A DNA stretch of 64,000 nt from an uncultured Acidobacteriota bacterium (GTDB lineage Bacteria > Acidobacteriota > Vicinamibacteria > Vicinamibacterales > CAVVIG01). Made by a program: the position numbers and the translations under genes. The stretch covers positions 110,386-174,385 of the forward strand of contig CAVREM010000112.1 of the NCBI GenBank assembly GCA_963720005.1, given 5' to 3'. Within the stretch, counting starts at the first letter, position 1. Every line of letters begins with the position of its first letter. This document shows, in pieces, positions 21,120 through 34,381 of the stretch. Below the pieces are notes generated by a model that searched no databases, was not told where the DNA came from, and was given only the letters and a program-made list of their open reading frames with translations.

Positions 21120-23467
21120 GTGAAAGGATCGACTCTCTCACGCCGGGCCAGCGAGTTCATCGGCGTCGTGCTCTTTGCCGCCTCGCTGATCTGGATGATC
21201 GCGCTCGCGACCTACGAGCCTTCGGACCCGGTGTGGTTCTTCAGCGCGGGGCTGAACGCCGCGCCGGCCAACTTCGCCGGGCGCGTCGGTGCGTTTCTCG
21301 CCGAACTCTCGTTCCAGCTCGTCGGCTACGCCGCTTACATGCTTCCGGCCATCTTCGTCGTCGTCGGCTGGCATTACTTCTGGTGCCGGGCGGTCGATGC
21401 GCGCGGCACGAAGGCCACCGGCGCCGCGCTGCTGCTCGTCTGCGTCAGCGCGTTCCTGAGCCTGGTGCTCGGCATGCGCAATCTCGCAGGCAAGCCGTTT
21501 CGTGCGGGCGGATATGCCGGCGACTGGCTGGCGTCGATGCTGGCCGGCTCTCTCAATCGCACCGGCTCGGTGATTGTCGTCCTGACGCTGATCTTCCTGT
21601 CGATCATCATGTCGACGCAGTTCTCGTTTGGCCGTCTGTTCCGCGCCATGCTCAACGGCCTCGGCAGGATGGCAGTGGGCGCGTGGAGCTCGTTCCGTTC
21701 GTGGCAGGAGGAGCGCCGTCGGCAGCAGCAGCGCCGCGAGGTGATCGCGAAACATACGAAGAAGGGCGCGATCCCGCCCGAGATCAAACTGCCGGGGTCG
21801 CCGACGGAAACCGCCATCGCGGCGCGCCCCGAGCCGCCGAGGCCCGGCCGCAAACGTGAGGACGAGCCGGCGCTCGCGGCGGCCCCCGGCGTTCGGCTCC
21901 ACGAAATCGTTCCCGCCGCCCAAGCCGCCGAAAGTCACCATGCCCTCGCCACCGCTGCCGCTGACCGACCCGGAGCCGACCGCGAAGGCGCCCGCGGAGC
22001 GGCGGAAAGGCGAGTACACGCTTCCTCCAGCTGCGCTGCTCGACCCGGCGCGGACCGAGCGGAAGATCGACGAGCGCGAGCTGATGGACGGCGCGCGGCT
22101 GCTCGAGGAGAAGTGCCGCGAGTTCTCGGTCGAAGGCGCGGTCGTCCAGATTCATCCCGGCCCGGTCGTGACGACCTTCGAGTTCAAGCCCGATGCGGGC
22201 GTGAAGTACTCGAAGATCACCGGCCTGGCCGACGACCTCTGCCTCGCGATGCAGGCCGAGTCGGTGCTGATCGATCGGATCCCGGGCAAATCCACCGTCG
22301 GCATCCAGATTCCGAACCGGACGCGCGAGCAGATCTCGCTGCGCGAGCTGCTCGAATCGGATCTCTACCGGCGATCGACGTCGAAGCTGACGCTGGCGCT
22401 CGGTAAGACGATTCACGGCGAGCCCTTCGTGGCCGATCTCGCGGCGATGCCGCACCTGCTCATCGCCGGGTCGACCGGCGCCGGCAAGTCGGTCGGCATC
22501 AACGGCATGCTCACGTAGCATCCTCTACCGCGCGACCCCCGACGACGTGCGGATGATCATGATCGATCCGAAACGGCTCGAGCTCGGGATGTACGAAGAC
22601 ATCCCGCACCTGCTCACGCCGGTGGTCGTCGACCCCAAGCAGGCGGCGAACGCGCTCCGCTGGGCGGTGCGCGAAATGGAGGAACGCTACAAGACGCTGG
22701 CCGCCGAAGGCGTGCGCAACATCGAGCAGTACAACCGCAATATCCAGCAGGCGATCGCCGAAAAGCGGACGCCGCCGGAAGGCGGCGAGCTGCCTCGCCC
22801 GCTGCCCTTCATCGTCGTCATCATCGACGAGCTCGCCGACCTGATGATGGTCGCCAGCAACGAAGTCGAAGAGTCGATCGCACGGCTCGCACAGATGGCG
22901 CGCGCCGTCGGGATCCACCTGATTCTCGCGACCCAGCGGCCGTCGGTCGATGTGATCACCGGGTTGATCAAGGCCAACCTGCCGTCGCGCATTTCCTTCC
23001 GCGTGTCGTCGAAAATCGACTCGCGCACGATTCTCGACGGCAACGGCGCGGAAGCGCTGCTGGGCCGCGGCGACATGCTGTTCCTGCCGCCGGCCTCGTC
23101 GCGGTGCATCCGGCTCCACGGGCCGTACATCTCCGAGCAGGAAAGCGCGCGGCTGGCAAGCTTCCTGCGCAAGCAGGGGAAGCCGACCTACGACGAGACC
23201 ATCACCGCGGAAGAGAAGACCGCCGCGGAAGCGGTGGAGATGGACAAGGACGATCTCTACGACGAAGCGGCGCGGATCGTCGTGCAGTCGGGCCAGGCAT
23301 CCATCTCGTACCTGCAGCGCCGGCTGCGAATCGGCTTCAGCCGCGCCGCGCGGCTCGTGGACATGATGGAGATGGAGGGCCTGGTCTCCCCCGCTGCTGG
23401 CGGGAAACCGCGCGAGGTCCTCGTGGACAAGGGCTACTTCGAAGAAGTGGACGCGCAACTGCGATGA
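21120..23467 (+). CDS. ftsK: DNA translocase FtsK (frameshifts near 21880 and 22515)
   Basis: 4TM N-terminus [41 protein letters not shown], gamma domain [15 protein letters not shown]. Confidence 0.96.
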
Positions 23468-25582
23468 GACTGGCTGGCATCGCGATCGCCGTCGGGTTGT
23501 GCCTGAGCGCCGCGGGCGCTGGCGCGCAGCAGCCCTCTGTTGAGCGGCTGTTCGTGGACGCCAGCGCCAAGGAGCAGGCGGTCCGCACTGCCCTCTCGAC
23601 TCCAGGGGTCACGGACGCCGCACTGAAGGCCGTTCGAACGGTCGTCGCCGACTACGAGGCCATCGTCCGTCGCTTCCCGACCAGCGCCTACTGCGACGAC
23701 GCGTTGTGGCGCGCTGGCCAGCTCTCGCTGGAGGCGCATGCCAAATTCGGCGCGGCCGACGACAAGGCGGCGGGGATCCGGTTGCTGCGCGCCGTCGTCT
23801 CGCGAGTACCCGAGCAGCAAATTCGCGAAGCAGGCGCCGTCGGTGATCGCAGCGGCCGAATCGCGCCCCGAGCCCGCCAACAAGGCGCCGCAGGATAAAG
23901 CATCGGAGGACCAGGCACCGCAGGACAAGACAGCGCCGGACAAGACAGCGCCGGCACGTCAGCCTGCTGCCAGCGCTCCACTTCCCCCCGTGCCGGTGAA
24001 GACCACCGGCACGGTGAGCTCACCGCGGATCGTCACGATCCGGGATATTCGCCGCGTCGTGCTCCCCGATGCCGTCCGGATCGTGATCGAGCTCGATGGC
24101 GAGGTGCCCGTGTTCCATGATGAGCGGCTGGACAACCCGGTCCGCGTGTTCGTGGACCTGTCGGGGACGCGCGCCGCCCCGGAGCTGGTCGATCGCACGA
24201 TTCGGTTCGAAAGCGACGGCGACGTCGTCCGGCAAGTGCGGCTGGGGCGGCATCCGAACACCACGACCCGCGTGGTCGTCGACGCGTCCGGGGTTTCGAG
24301 CTACAGCGTCTACCCGCTCTACGGTCCCTATCGACTCATAATCGACTTCGTCAAGGACCGGGTTCCGGTTCCGGCTGCGCCGCTGCAGGGACGCCGTGTC
24401 GTGACGCCGGCCGTCGCGTCGATGCCGCGGGCTCCTGTCCCGCCGCCGCTGCCGCCGCGGGAGTCGCCGGTTCCGCCGCGGGAAACGCCCGTTCCTCCGC
24501 TTCTTGAACGCCGCATCATCGCGCCGACCGTCGCGTCGATGCCGAGGGCCTCCTCCCCGCCCCCGCTGCGGCCGCGGGAGACGCCGCCGCTCCTACCGCT
24601 CGTGTCGACGGCGATCAAGACGCGGCCAATCGTCATCAACGCACCTGCACCGCCGTCCCTGACAGCGGCATTGGAGGGGATGCTGGCGGCTGCGGCGGAA
24701 ACGACAGCAAGACCGTCGGCTCCCCCGGCCCCGTCCAGTGCGCCAGCCCCGCCGGCCGCGACGACGACTACCGCGACTACGACAACGCCGGCGACGACTA
24801 CCGCGCCAGCGACCACGACCGCTCCAGTCGTCCCGCCGCAGCCGAACATCGCGGGCGGCTTTTCGATGGCGCGGCAGCTGGGGCTTGGCGTCTCGAGGAT
24901 CGTGATCGATCCGGGGCACGGCGGGCACGATCCGGGCGGCGTCGTGCGAGGGACAACGGAGGCGGCGATCGTGCTCGACGTCGCGCTGCGGCTCGAGAAG
25001 CTGCTCGCCAAGGCGCAGGGCATCGAAGTCATCCTGACGCGGCGGACCGACGAGTTCCTGCCACTTCAGGAGCGCACGGCGATCGCCAATCGCGAGGGCG
25101 CGGATCTGTTCCTGTCGATTCACGCCAACGCGAACAACAACACGCGTGCCGGCGGCGTGGAAACCTACTTCCTGAACTTCGCGACCACTTCGAGCGCCGC
25201 GACGATCGCCGCGCGCGAAAACGCCAACTCGGGCCAGGCGATGGGCGCGCTGCCGGACTTCGTCAAGATGATCGCGCTGAGCAACAAGATGGATGAGTCG
25301 CGCGACTTCGCCACGTTCGTCCAGCGTTCGATGATCGAGCAGCTGACGCCGGGCTACAAAGCGCTGAAGGATCTGGGCGTGAAGCAGGCGCCGTTCGTGG
25401 TCCTGATCGGCGCGTCGATGCCGAGCGTCCTGGCGGAGATCTCGTTCCTCACCAACGTGCAGGAGGCCAGGCTGCTCAGGACGCAAGCCTACCGGCAGAA
25501 GATCGCCGAAGCCCTGTTCGAGGCGATCCGCAAGTATCAGACGTCGCTCAAGACCGACGCGAAGGTCGCGACGCAGCAGTAG
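23464..25582 (+). CDS. N-acetylmuramoyl-L-alanine amidase (TPR + AMIN + Amidase_3), frameshift near 23800
   Basis: Signal peptide, TPR-like [62 protein letters not shown]. Confidence 0.93.
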
Positions 25583-25594
25583 CGGGCGCCGTTG

Positions 25595-25681
25595 AGAATT
25601 GGAATTAGGATCAGGCCGATGCGTACACCGGTGCACATTCCAAATTCCAAATTCCAAATCCTATTCTTAATTCTTAATTCT
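25595..25681. repeat. AT-rich heptamer inverted array (GAATTGG / TTCCAAA / TTCTTAA)
   Basis: agaattggaattaggat ... attccaaattccaaattccaaatcctattcttaattcttaattct. Confidence 0.8.
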
Positions 25682-25690
25682 GGCGGTAGC

Positions 25691-25873
25691 CTAAGCCGAC
25701 CGCCTGGATCGCACCCAGAAAACCAACACGCCGATGACGACGCCGATCGAGATTGTTGCAACGCCGAGGACGGTGGAGAGGCTGAGGACGCCGACGAGCA
25801 CGTCGGCCAGACCGGTAGGGTCCTTCGGGGTCTCGATGATCTTGACGATGACCGGTCCGGGGTCCTGAATCAT
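25691..25873 (-). CDS. Small membrane protein (60 aa)
   Basis: ATGA overlap with the pepA stop; PVIVKIIE then a hydrophobic helix and a basic tail. Confidence 0.7.
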   Translation of the reverse strand: MIQDPGPVIVKIIETPKDPTGLADVLVGVLSLSTVLGVATISIGVVIGVLVFWVRSRRSA

Positions 25874-27420
25874 CGCGGCCAGGAATCAAACGTGAATGGG
25901 AGCTCCGCGAGCGTCCGGACGGCGACGCCGCTCGGACCCTTGGGCAGATAGGGACGCGGCTCGTCGGCCCATGCCGTTCCGGCGATATCGATGTGCGCCC
26001 ATGGCAAGCCGCCGCTGAACTCCTTCAGGAACATCGCGGCGGTGATCGATCCGGCCGGCCGGCCGCCGGTGTTGACCATGTCGGCGATGTCGCTCTTCAA
26101 CTGCTCGGCGTAGTCGTCGAAGATCGGCATCGGCCAGACGCGATCGCCCGCACGGTCGGCGACGCGCCGGATGTGCTCCACCCAGGTATCAGGCGTGCCG
26201 AAGATGCCGCTCGTCACTTTTCCCAGCGCGACGACCACGGCGCCGGTGAGGGTGGCGACGTCCACGAGGTGCGTCGCCCCGAGCTTGCGCGCGTACCAGA
26301 GGCCGTCGCCGAGGATGAGGCGCCCCTCGGCGTCGGTGTTGATCACCTCGACGGTCTTGCCTTCGGCACTCTTGAGGACATCGCCTGGCTTGATGGCTCG
26401 GCCGCCGGGCATGTTCTCGGTGGCCGGCACGACGCCGACCACGCGGATCGGTGCACCGAGCATCGCAATCGCCCGCATCGCGCACGCGACCGCGGCGCCG
26501 CCAGCCATGTCGTCCTTCATCCGTTCCATGCCGTCCGCGGGCTTGATCGAGATGCCGCCGGTGTCGAACGTGATGCCCTTCCCGACCAGCCCCAGCACGG
26601 GGCCCGGCGCGGCGCCCGGAGGCTCGTGGCGAAACGTAATCAGGCGCGGCGGTTCGCTACTGCCGCGCGCGACCCCGAGCAGCAGACCCATGCCGAGCGC
26701 CTCGATCTGCCGTTCGTCGAGAATCTCGACCGACGCGCCGCCGGACGACGCGATGGCCGCTGCCCTCGCCGCGAACTCGCGCGGCGTCAGGGTATTGCCC
26801 GGCTCGTTGGCGAGCTCGCGCGCCAGGTTGCTGCACTCCCCCAGCAGGCGGCCGCGCTTCAGCGCCGCCTCGAGACGCGGCCCGCTCTCCGGCGATGTGT
26901 CGTTGAGCGGCGGCAGGACGATCGTCGTTTCCGGCGGTGCCTGCGGTTGATCGACGGTCTTGTAGATGCCCGCGCTGAAGTCGGCGAGCGTCAATCCCTC
27001 GACGACTGCCTGCATGAAACCCGCAAGGTCGAAATCGCCGGCGGGATCGGGCAGGCCCGGGCGCAGAAGAAATCCGAGTCGTCCGATTCGGCGCTGACGC
27101 GCCGCGAGCCCGCCCACGGTCGCGACGCGTCGGGCTGCCGCCGTCGTATACGCCGCCTGGCGGCCCGCGCCGACGAACAGGACGCGGCGCGCCTTCCACG
27201 TCCCGTCGATCACCCCCGCGGCAAACTGGTCGTACGCCCGCGCCGCAAATTCCTTCGTCGTCATCGCGCGCGCAAGTTCGTCTCCGACCGCGCGGTCGAG
27301 ACCGGCGATCGCCGACGGCGGGTCGTCTTCGAACCAGGGCACGACGATGAGATCGACGTCGACCGCGGCAAGCGGTGCGGCGGTGTACGCGATCGGCTGG
27401 GAAACCGCGGACTGGGGCAT
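25870..27420 (-). CDS. pepA: Leucyl aminopeptidase (M17)
   Basis: VGKGITFDTGG, MKDDMAG, NTDAEGRL, ATLTGA, WAHIDIAG. Confidence 0.96.
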   Translation of the reverse strand: MPQSAVSQPIAYTAAPLAAVDVDLIVVPWFEDDPPSAIAGLDRAVGDELARAMTTKEFAARAYDQFAAGVIDGTWKARRVLFVGAGRQAAYTTAAARRVATVGGLAARQRRIGRLGFLLRPGLPDPAGDFDLAGFMQAVVEGLTLADFSAGIYKTVDQPQAPPETTIVLPPLNDTSPESGPRLEAALKRGRLLGECSNLARELANEPGNTLTPREFAARAAAIASSGGASVEILDERQIEALGMGLLLGVARGSSEPPRLITFRHEPPGAAPGPVLGLVGKGITFDTGGISIKPADGMERMKDDMAGGAAVACAMRAIAMLGAPIRVVGVVPATENMPGGRAIKPGDVLKSAEGKTVEVINTDAEGRLILGDGLWYARKLGATHLVDVATLTGAVVVALGKVTSGIFGTPDTWVEHIRRVADRAGDRVWPMPIFDDYAEQLKSDIADMVNTGGRPAGSITAAMFLKEFSGGLPWAHIDIAGTAWADEPRPYLPKGPSGVAVRTLAELPFTFDSWPR

Positions 27421-27514
27421 CGCGCTATTATCGCTGAAGCCGGTTGCCTGCTCTCTGAACGGCCGGTACAATTACGTGAAGCCAACCTGCCGCGGATGGA
27501 AAAAAGGACGGAAT

Positions 27515-27958
27515 ATGCGCAACCCGCGAGCCGTCGTCTGGGCTGCCTGCTTGACGCTGCTGCCAGCGCTGGCCGCCGCGCAGCAGAAGCCCGAAGGCCG
27601 TGAGCAGGACCGTCGCCCGCGCATGACGCTGCGGGCGCAGCCTCCCGTCGGAATCGCGCCAGCCCGCGTCGTCTTTACCGCCGAGCTCGTCGGCGGCGCC
27701 AACGACTTCGAAGAGTTTTACTGCCCCACCGTCATCTGGGAATGGGGCGACGACACCCAGTCGGAATCCACCCTCGACTGCGAACCCTATGAATCCGGGA
27801 AGAGCGAGATCCGGCGTCGCTTCACCATCGAGCACCGGTTCCGCCGCGCCGGAGGCTACAAGGTGTTCTTCCGACTGAAGAAGCGCGACAAGCCGGTGGG
27901 CGCCGCCAGCGTCAACGTCCAGGTACAGCCTGGCGCGGGCGAACAGCGATTTGATTAG
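27515..27958 (+). CDS. Secreted Ig/PKD-like protein
   Basis: SD AAGGA, signal peptide, WEWGDD and EHRF...GGY PKD-like pattern, Cys pair. Confidence 0.7.
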   Translation: MRNPRAVVWAACLTLLPALAAAQQKPEGREQDRRPRMTLRAQPPVGIAPARVVFTAELVGGANDFEEFYCPTVIWEWGDDTQSESTLDCEPYESGKSEIRRRFTIEHRFRRAGGYKVFFRLKKRDKPVGAASVNVQVQPGAGEQRFD

Positions 27959-28027
27959 TCGGGAGTCGGGAGTCGAGAGTCGGTAGTCAGTGGCTTCAAC
28001 CCCGAGTCCCGAGCACCGAGCCCCGGT
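27957..28027. repeat. Heptamer inverted array (AGTCGGG / CCCGAG)
   Basis: agtcggg agtcggg agtcgag agtcggt ... ccccgag tcccgag caccgag. Confidence 0.75.
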
Positions 28028-28648
28028 TCAGGGTTTGAGTATCTGCCCGCCAGCGATGTTCCGGCTGATGCCCTTGAGCCGAGACGCTCTGCAGGTAATC
28101 GCTGATTTCGAGCACCTTCTTGAAGACCAGCCGTCCGAACGCGTCAAGACTGGTCGATTCGTCGGGCCGGCCGAACACGGCGTCGCCCGCATCCTCGATC
28201 TCGCGCTCGGCGAGCGTGCCGAGCGTGGCAATCACTTTCGCGTAGTAGCGGGCCGCGCTGGCAGACGATCGGGGCTTCCGACGCGGATCGCCAACGCCAA
28301 CGGATTCGGGACCTCGGCATGTTCGGTGACGCTACCGTCCGGGCTCGTAGACCGCGAACTCGCGGCCCGATGGCGTGCAGCGCCAGCCGGAACACGCGCA
28401 CGACCGCCGGGTACACGAGCCGATCCCAGACCGGGCGCCGCTCCCAGACTTCGGTATGGATGCGCAGGTGGACCACGCCGCCCCGGTCGACGGTCTGACG
28501 GAACCGATCAGGCAGCACGTCGCGCAGCTCGATGGAGGCCGTGACTTCGGCGGCCGCCGAGCGGAGGTCCTTGACCTCGACGCCGAGCGCTGCGGCGTCG
28601 GTCGCCGATCGACAACGCGAGGAGGCACGCGAAGACGGCCAGCCTCAC
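28028..28648 (-). CDS. Exported hypothetical protein (DUF4390-like, tentative), several frameshifts
   Basis: Signal peptide; ELRDVLPDRF...EVWERRPVWDRLV; ATLGTLAEREI...FKKVLEISDYL. Confidence 0.55.
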
Positions 28649-28654
28649 TGGTGG

Positions 28655-30325
28655 CTAGAAGGTGTGTCCCAGGCGCAGGACGACCTGCATAGAGCCTGGA
28701 ATGTCGTCCAGCTTGTAGCCGAAGTCGACGCGGATGTTCGCGCGTCAGGCCAAGGCCGAAACCCGCGCCGCGCAGCCATTCCGTCTCGCCGTCGGGCCGC
28801 CAGACGCGGCCGGCATCGAAGAACGGCACGATGTGCGGTCCGTTGAGCATGCCGAGCGCGTACTCGACGTTGAACAGCACCATGCCGTCGCCGACCGCCT
28901 CCTTGAAGCCGTACCCGTGCACCGTGCCGATTCCGCCTAGTGAGAACAGCCGCTGCGGCGGAAGTACGCCGCCCGACCAGCCGGTGAGGCGCGGGCCTCG
29001 CACCTCTTCGTGCCGGAGAGTTGAAACCCGACGCGGCCGCTGACGATGTGCCGCTGGAAGTCGAAATCGGAGTTGAGGCCGCCGCGCGTCGGATACTTCG
29101 GCTGTTCCACTCGGCCCGCCACACCGGCCGCCTGCGGCCGCCGCCTCTCGGGATTCCTGAGCGTGCGACCAAACGGCCTGTTCAGAAGGTGCTGCCGGTA
29201 GGTGGCGGCCAGCGAGTCGTCCTGGAAGCCGATCGAGTCGAACACTGCTCCGAACACCAGCGCATTCAGCTTGCCTTCGGCGACCGCGGGCGTTCGGCCG
29301 GAACTCTTCGTCGCCGTTCCAGACGCTGAAGTCGCTCTCGACGCCGAGCGGCTCGTGCTGCTCGCCCCGCCAGGCGAACTGCAGCTCGAGGCGCGGATTC
29401 GGCCGGACCGCCGAGTGCAGCTGGACCCCGTGCCGCCGGTAATAGTCGCGCATGCTGTTCGCGAACCAGCAGGGATCGCCAGGCTGGCCTGCGTGCCCGA
29501 CACCTGCCAGAGGTCGTCGGTCGCGGTGAGGTCGTACAGCTCTCCGCCGATGAAGACCGGAGACCGGATGGAACAGCGGGCGCTCGAAGCCGAACGAATA
29601 GCCCGGCTCGTTGGTCGCCGATCTTGTATCGCGACGTGCGCGGCGACGTAGGCGTGGTTGAAGTTCTTGTGATCGAACACGGCGCCCGCGAAGCCGAGCG
29701 AGGGCACGAGGCCGTCGACCGACGTGAACCAGTCCTCACGTTCGCCCATGTCGAGGTTGGCGCGGAAGGTTCCCGCGCGCTCCGTGACCTCGACGACGAG
29801 AATCCGCTGGCCGTTGCGCTGAATCAGGTCGAACGCTTGTCGCGTCGGGCTGATCGCGCCGCGTGTCGGCCGCAAGAGCGCCTGGAGCGCATCGCGGGCG
29901 CGCGATCGGTTGAAGACGTCACCGGCACGCATCGCGAAATCGGCCGCCAGGCTGCGCGCCCGCTCGCCGCTGACGCCCGTGAACTCGACGTCGTCGATCC
30001 GCCCTTCGTCGATGGTGAGCGTGAGCGCGCCGGTCGGCTCGTCGAACTCGGCGGTGACCTCGGCGAACGTGAAGCCCTCGTCACGATAGTGGCGTTCGAT
30101 CTCGTCGGCGATCTCGTCGGCCGGTGCCGGTAACGGTTCGTCGAGGCGCAGGTGCCCGGCGGCGAGAATCGACGCCTGGTCGAGCTCCTGTGCGCCGACC
30201 ACGTTGACAGACTTGAGGGGGACGGGCTGAGCCTGGGAGTCCTGGATGCGGGGGGCCTCGGCGCGGACCTGCGGCGAGATACACCACAGGGCCGCGCCGA
30301 GGAGAAGGATCCTGCGGAGGACCAT
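28655..30325 (-). CDS. Omp85/BamA-TamA family protein (POTRA + beta-barrel), frameshifted
   Basis: Signal peptide, HYRDEGF...LTIDEGRI POTRA, FSLGGIGTVHGY loop, PFFDAGRVW, C-terminal LRLGHTF beta-signal. Confidence 0.8.
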
Positions 30326-30708
30326 TCAGGTCACTGTGACGAAGGGCGTCTCCACGAAGTTCCCGTCCGTGAGCCTGAAGAGCCTGACTTCGCCTCCCCC
30401 GACGATGAGATACAGGTGGCCGGGGTAGGTGGCCTCGGCCCGGTCGGTTTCGGACGGCCGGGCGGCGGAATGTGGATGCGAATGGTAGAAGCCGACGACG
30501 GCAAGCCCCGCCGCGCGCGCCCGACGCCGGATATCGATGTGATCTTCGGGATCGAGGAAGATACCGGTTCGGGTCGTCCGCGAGGTTTCGCGCTTCGACC
30601 GCCTGGAGGATCTCGCCCTCCCGGCCGACCAGCACGCCGCAGCACTCGCGGGGTTTCGCACGCTCGGCGTGGCGGACGATCGCATCCAGAGCTGAGCGCG
30701 AGCGGTGC

Positions 30709-30710
<2 letters not shown>
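30326..30710 (-). CDS. JAMM/MPN+ (Mov34, Mec-like) metalloprotease; frameshift, start approximate
   Basis: PRECCGVL then GFYHSHPHSAARPSETD. Confidence 0.88.
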
Positions 30711-31973
<1,263 letters not shown>

Positions 31974-31981
<8 letters not shown>

Positions 31982-32628
31982 ACGTTCCTACCTTTTCAGC
32001 CACGATGAGATCCGCGCCGGTGGCCGCCTTCACCTTCTCGACGGTGGTGTCGCCGGCGATTTCCCGCAGCACCAGACCGGCCGGCGTGACGTCGATCACC
32101 GCCATCTCGGTCACGATCATGTTGACGACCTTGAGGCCCGTGAACGGCAGCGTGCAGCGCTTCAGGATCTTGTGGCCGCCGTCCCTCGTCGTGTGCTCCA
32201 TCGCCACGATGACTTTCTTGGCGCCGGCGACGAGATCCATCGCGCCGCCCATGCCCTTCACCATTTTCCCCGGAATCATCCAGTTGGCCAGGTTGCCTTC
32301 CTGGTCGACCTGCAGCGCGCCGAGGACGGTCAGGTCGATGTGGCCGCCGCGCACCATCGCGAACGAATCGGCGCTGCTGAAGTACGAGCAGCCCGGCAGC
32401 TCGGTGACCGTCTCCTTGCCGGCGTTGATGAGGTCGGGGTCCACTTCCTGCTCGGTCGGATACGGTCCAACGCCGAGCATGCCGTTCTCGGAGTGGAGCG
32501 TGATGTCGATGCCCGGCGGGACGTAGTTGGCGACCAGCGTCGGCATGCCGATGCCGAGGTTGACGTAGTCGCCGTCCTTCAGCTCGCGGGCGATGCGCTT
32601 GACGATGCGTTCGCGAATGGTCTGGCAT
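31974..32628 (-). CDS. scoB: 3-oxoacid CoA-transferase subunit B
   Basis: [15 protein letters not shown] (catalytic Glu), GMGGAMDL. Confidence 0.92.
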
Positions 32629-32633
32629 GAGCG

Positions 32634-33323
32634 CTATCTCGTCGTCCGCTTCTCGATCCGCTTCTCGTAGCTCGCGCCCTGGACGACGTGCTTCACGAAG
32701 ATCCCGGGGGTGACGACGTGATCGGGATCGATCGCGCCGGGCTCGACGAGGTGCTCGACCTCGGCGATGGTGACGCGCGCCGCGGTCGCCATCACCGGGT
32801 TGAAGTTGCGCGCGGTGCGGCGGTAGACGAGATTGCCGACGCGGTCGCCCTTCCAGGCGCGCACGAACGCGAAGTCGGCGCGAATCGGCAGCTCGAGCAC
32901 GTAGGGCGTGCCGTCGATGACGCGCGTCTCCTTGCCTTCGGCGACGAGCGTGCCGTACGCGGTGGGCGTGAAGAAGCCGCCGATGCCGGCGCCGCCCGCG
33001 CGAATCCGCTCGGAGAACGTGCCCTGCGGCACGAGCTCCACTTCGAGCTCGCCGGTCAGGTACTGCCGCTCGAACTCCTTGTTCTCGCCGACGTAGGTCG
33101 AGATCATCTTCCGCACCTGCCGCGATTTCAGCAGCACGCCGATCCCGAAGTCGTCGACGCCGGCGTTGTTGCTGATGACCGTCAGGTCCTTCGTTCCGCG
33201 CGCGTGCAGCGCCGCGATCAGGTTCTCGGGGATGCCGCACAGGCCGAAGCCGCCCATGAGGATGGTTGCGCCGTCGGGGATGAGCGCGACGGCCTCCTCG
33301 GCGCTCGCGAGGACTTTGTTCAT
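32634..33323 (-). CDS. scoA: 3-oxoacid CoA-transferase subunit A
   Basis: [39 protein letters not shown]. Confidence 0.94.
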   Translation of the reverse strand: MNKVLASAEEAVALIPDGATILMGGFGLCGIPENLIAALHARGTKDLTVISNNAGVDDFGIGVLLKSRQVRKMISTYVGENKEFERQYLTGELEVELVPQGTFSERIRAGGAGIGGFFTPTAYGTLVAEGKETRVIDGTPYVLELPIRADFAFVRAWKGDRVGNLVYRRTARNFNPVMATAARVTIAEVEHLVEPGAIDPDHVVTPGIFVKHVVQGASYEKRIEKRTTR

Positions 33324-33349
33324 CGCCAAGCACTATAACTGACGGCTGT

Positions 33350-33420
33350 AATTAGGAATTTGGAATTTGGAATTTGGAATGCGTTCACGAATTCCTAATT
33401 CCTAATTCCTAATTCCAATT
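33350..33420. repeat. Heptamer inverted array (AATTTGG / AATTCCT)
   Basis: AATTAGG(AATTTGG)x3 AATGCG ... (AATTCCT)x3 AATTCCAATT. Confidence 0.88.
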
Positions 33421-34314
33421 ACGCTCTTTTGACAGCGCCCGCGCCAGCGGTGGGCCTGCTCGAAGACGTCGGCGAGGCGATCGCCGTCCCGGAGGTCGGC
33501 GCGCAGTTCCTGCAGCAGCGAGATGAGGGTGTCGAGCGCCTCGCCGATCTCATCGGCGTTGGTGGCGGCGATGTCCTTCCAGATCTCGGCCGGGCTCGAG
33601 GCGAGCCGGGTCGTGTCGACGAGGCCGCGGCCGGCGAGCGCCAGGCCGTCTTCGCCGACGGCCTCGCCGACGACCTGCATCAGCGCGCTGGCGGTCAGCT
33701 GCGGAAGATGGCTGAGGAACGCCAGCAGCCGATCGTGGCCGGCGACGCTCACGGTACGCGGCACGGCGCCGAGCGCCCGAGCGAACGCCGTCAGCTTCTC
33801 CAGCGCGTCGCCGCCGGCGTCGCTGGCCGGCGTGAACAGCCAGGGCCGCCCTTTGAACAGATCGGGCCGCGCGTTCTCCAGGCCGCTCGCCGCCGCCCCG
33901 CCGAGCGGGTGCCCGCCGATGAACGTGAAGCGCGGCGGGAGGCGCTTCGCCGCATCGACAATCGCCCGCTTCGTGCTGCCGGTATCGGTGACGACCGCAG
34001 GCTGCCGGACGTTCTCGTCCAGCGCGTCGAGCAGCGCGAGGTTCTGGCGCACCGGCGCGGCCAGGATCACCAGGTCGGCCTCGGCCAGGACGATCAGGTC
34101 GTCGGCCGCGACGTCGATGGCGTGCAGCCGCATCGCCGTCTCGAGGACGTCCTTGTTGTCGACCGCGATCACGAGCGACGACGGCCAGAGCTGCCGCGAC
34201 GCCAGCGCGATCGATCCGCCGATCAGGCCCAGGCCGACGATGCCGATCTTCTGGAAGATCGGCGGCTCGGCCGGCGCGCGGCAGCGCGCCCGGCTGAATG
34301 ACGGGAAGTTCCAT
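33402..34314 (-). CDS. tyrA: Prephenate/arogenate dehydrogenase
   Basis: GIVGLGLIGGS, TDTGSTK, GGHPLGG, HDRLLAFLSHLP, DTTRLASS. Confidence 0.92.
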
Positions 34315-34328
34315 CGCTTAGTCGATCT

Positions 34329-34370
34329 CGCCAATCTGACAATCTGAAATCTTACAATCTGTAAATTTCA
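34329..34370. repeat. CAATCTGA-type tandem array
   Basis: caatctga caatctg aaatctta caatctg taaattt. Confidence 0.7.
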
Positions 34371-34381
34371 CCGAGTCACTC

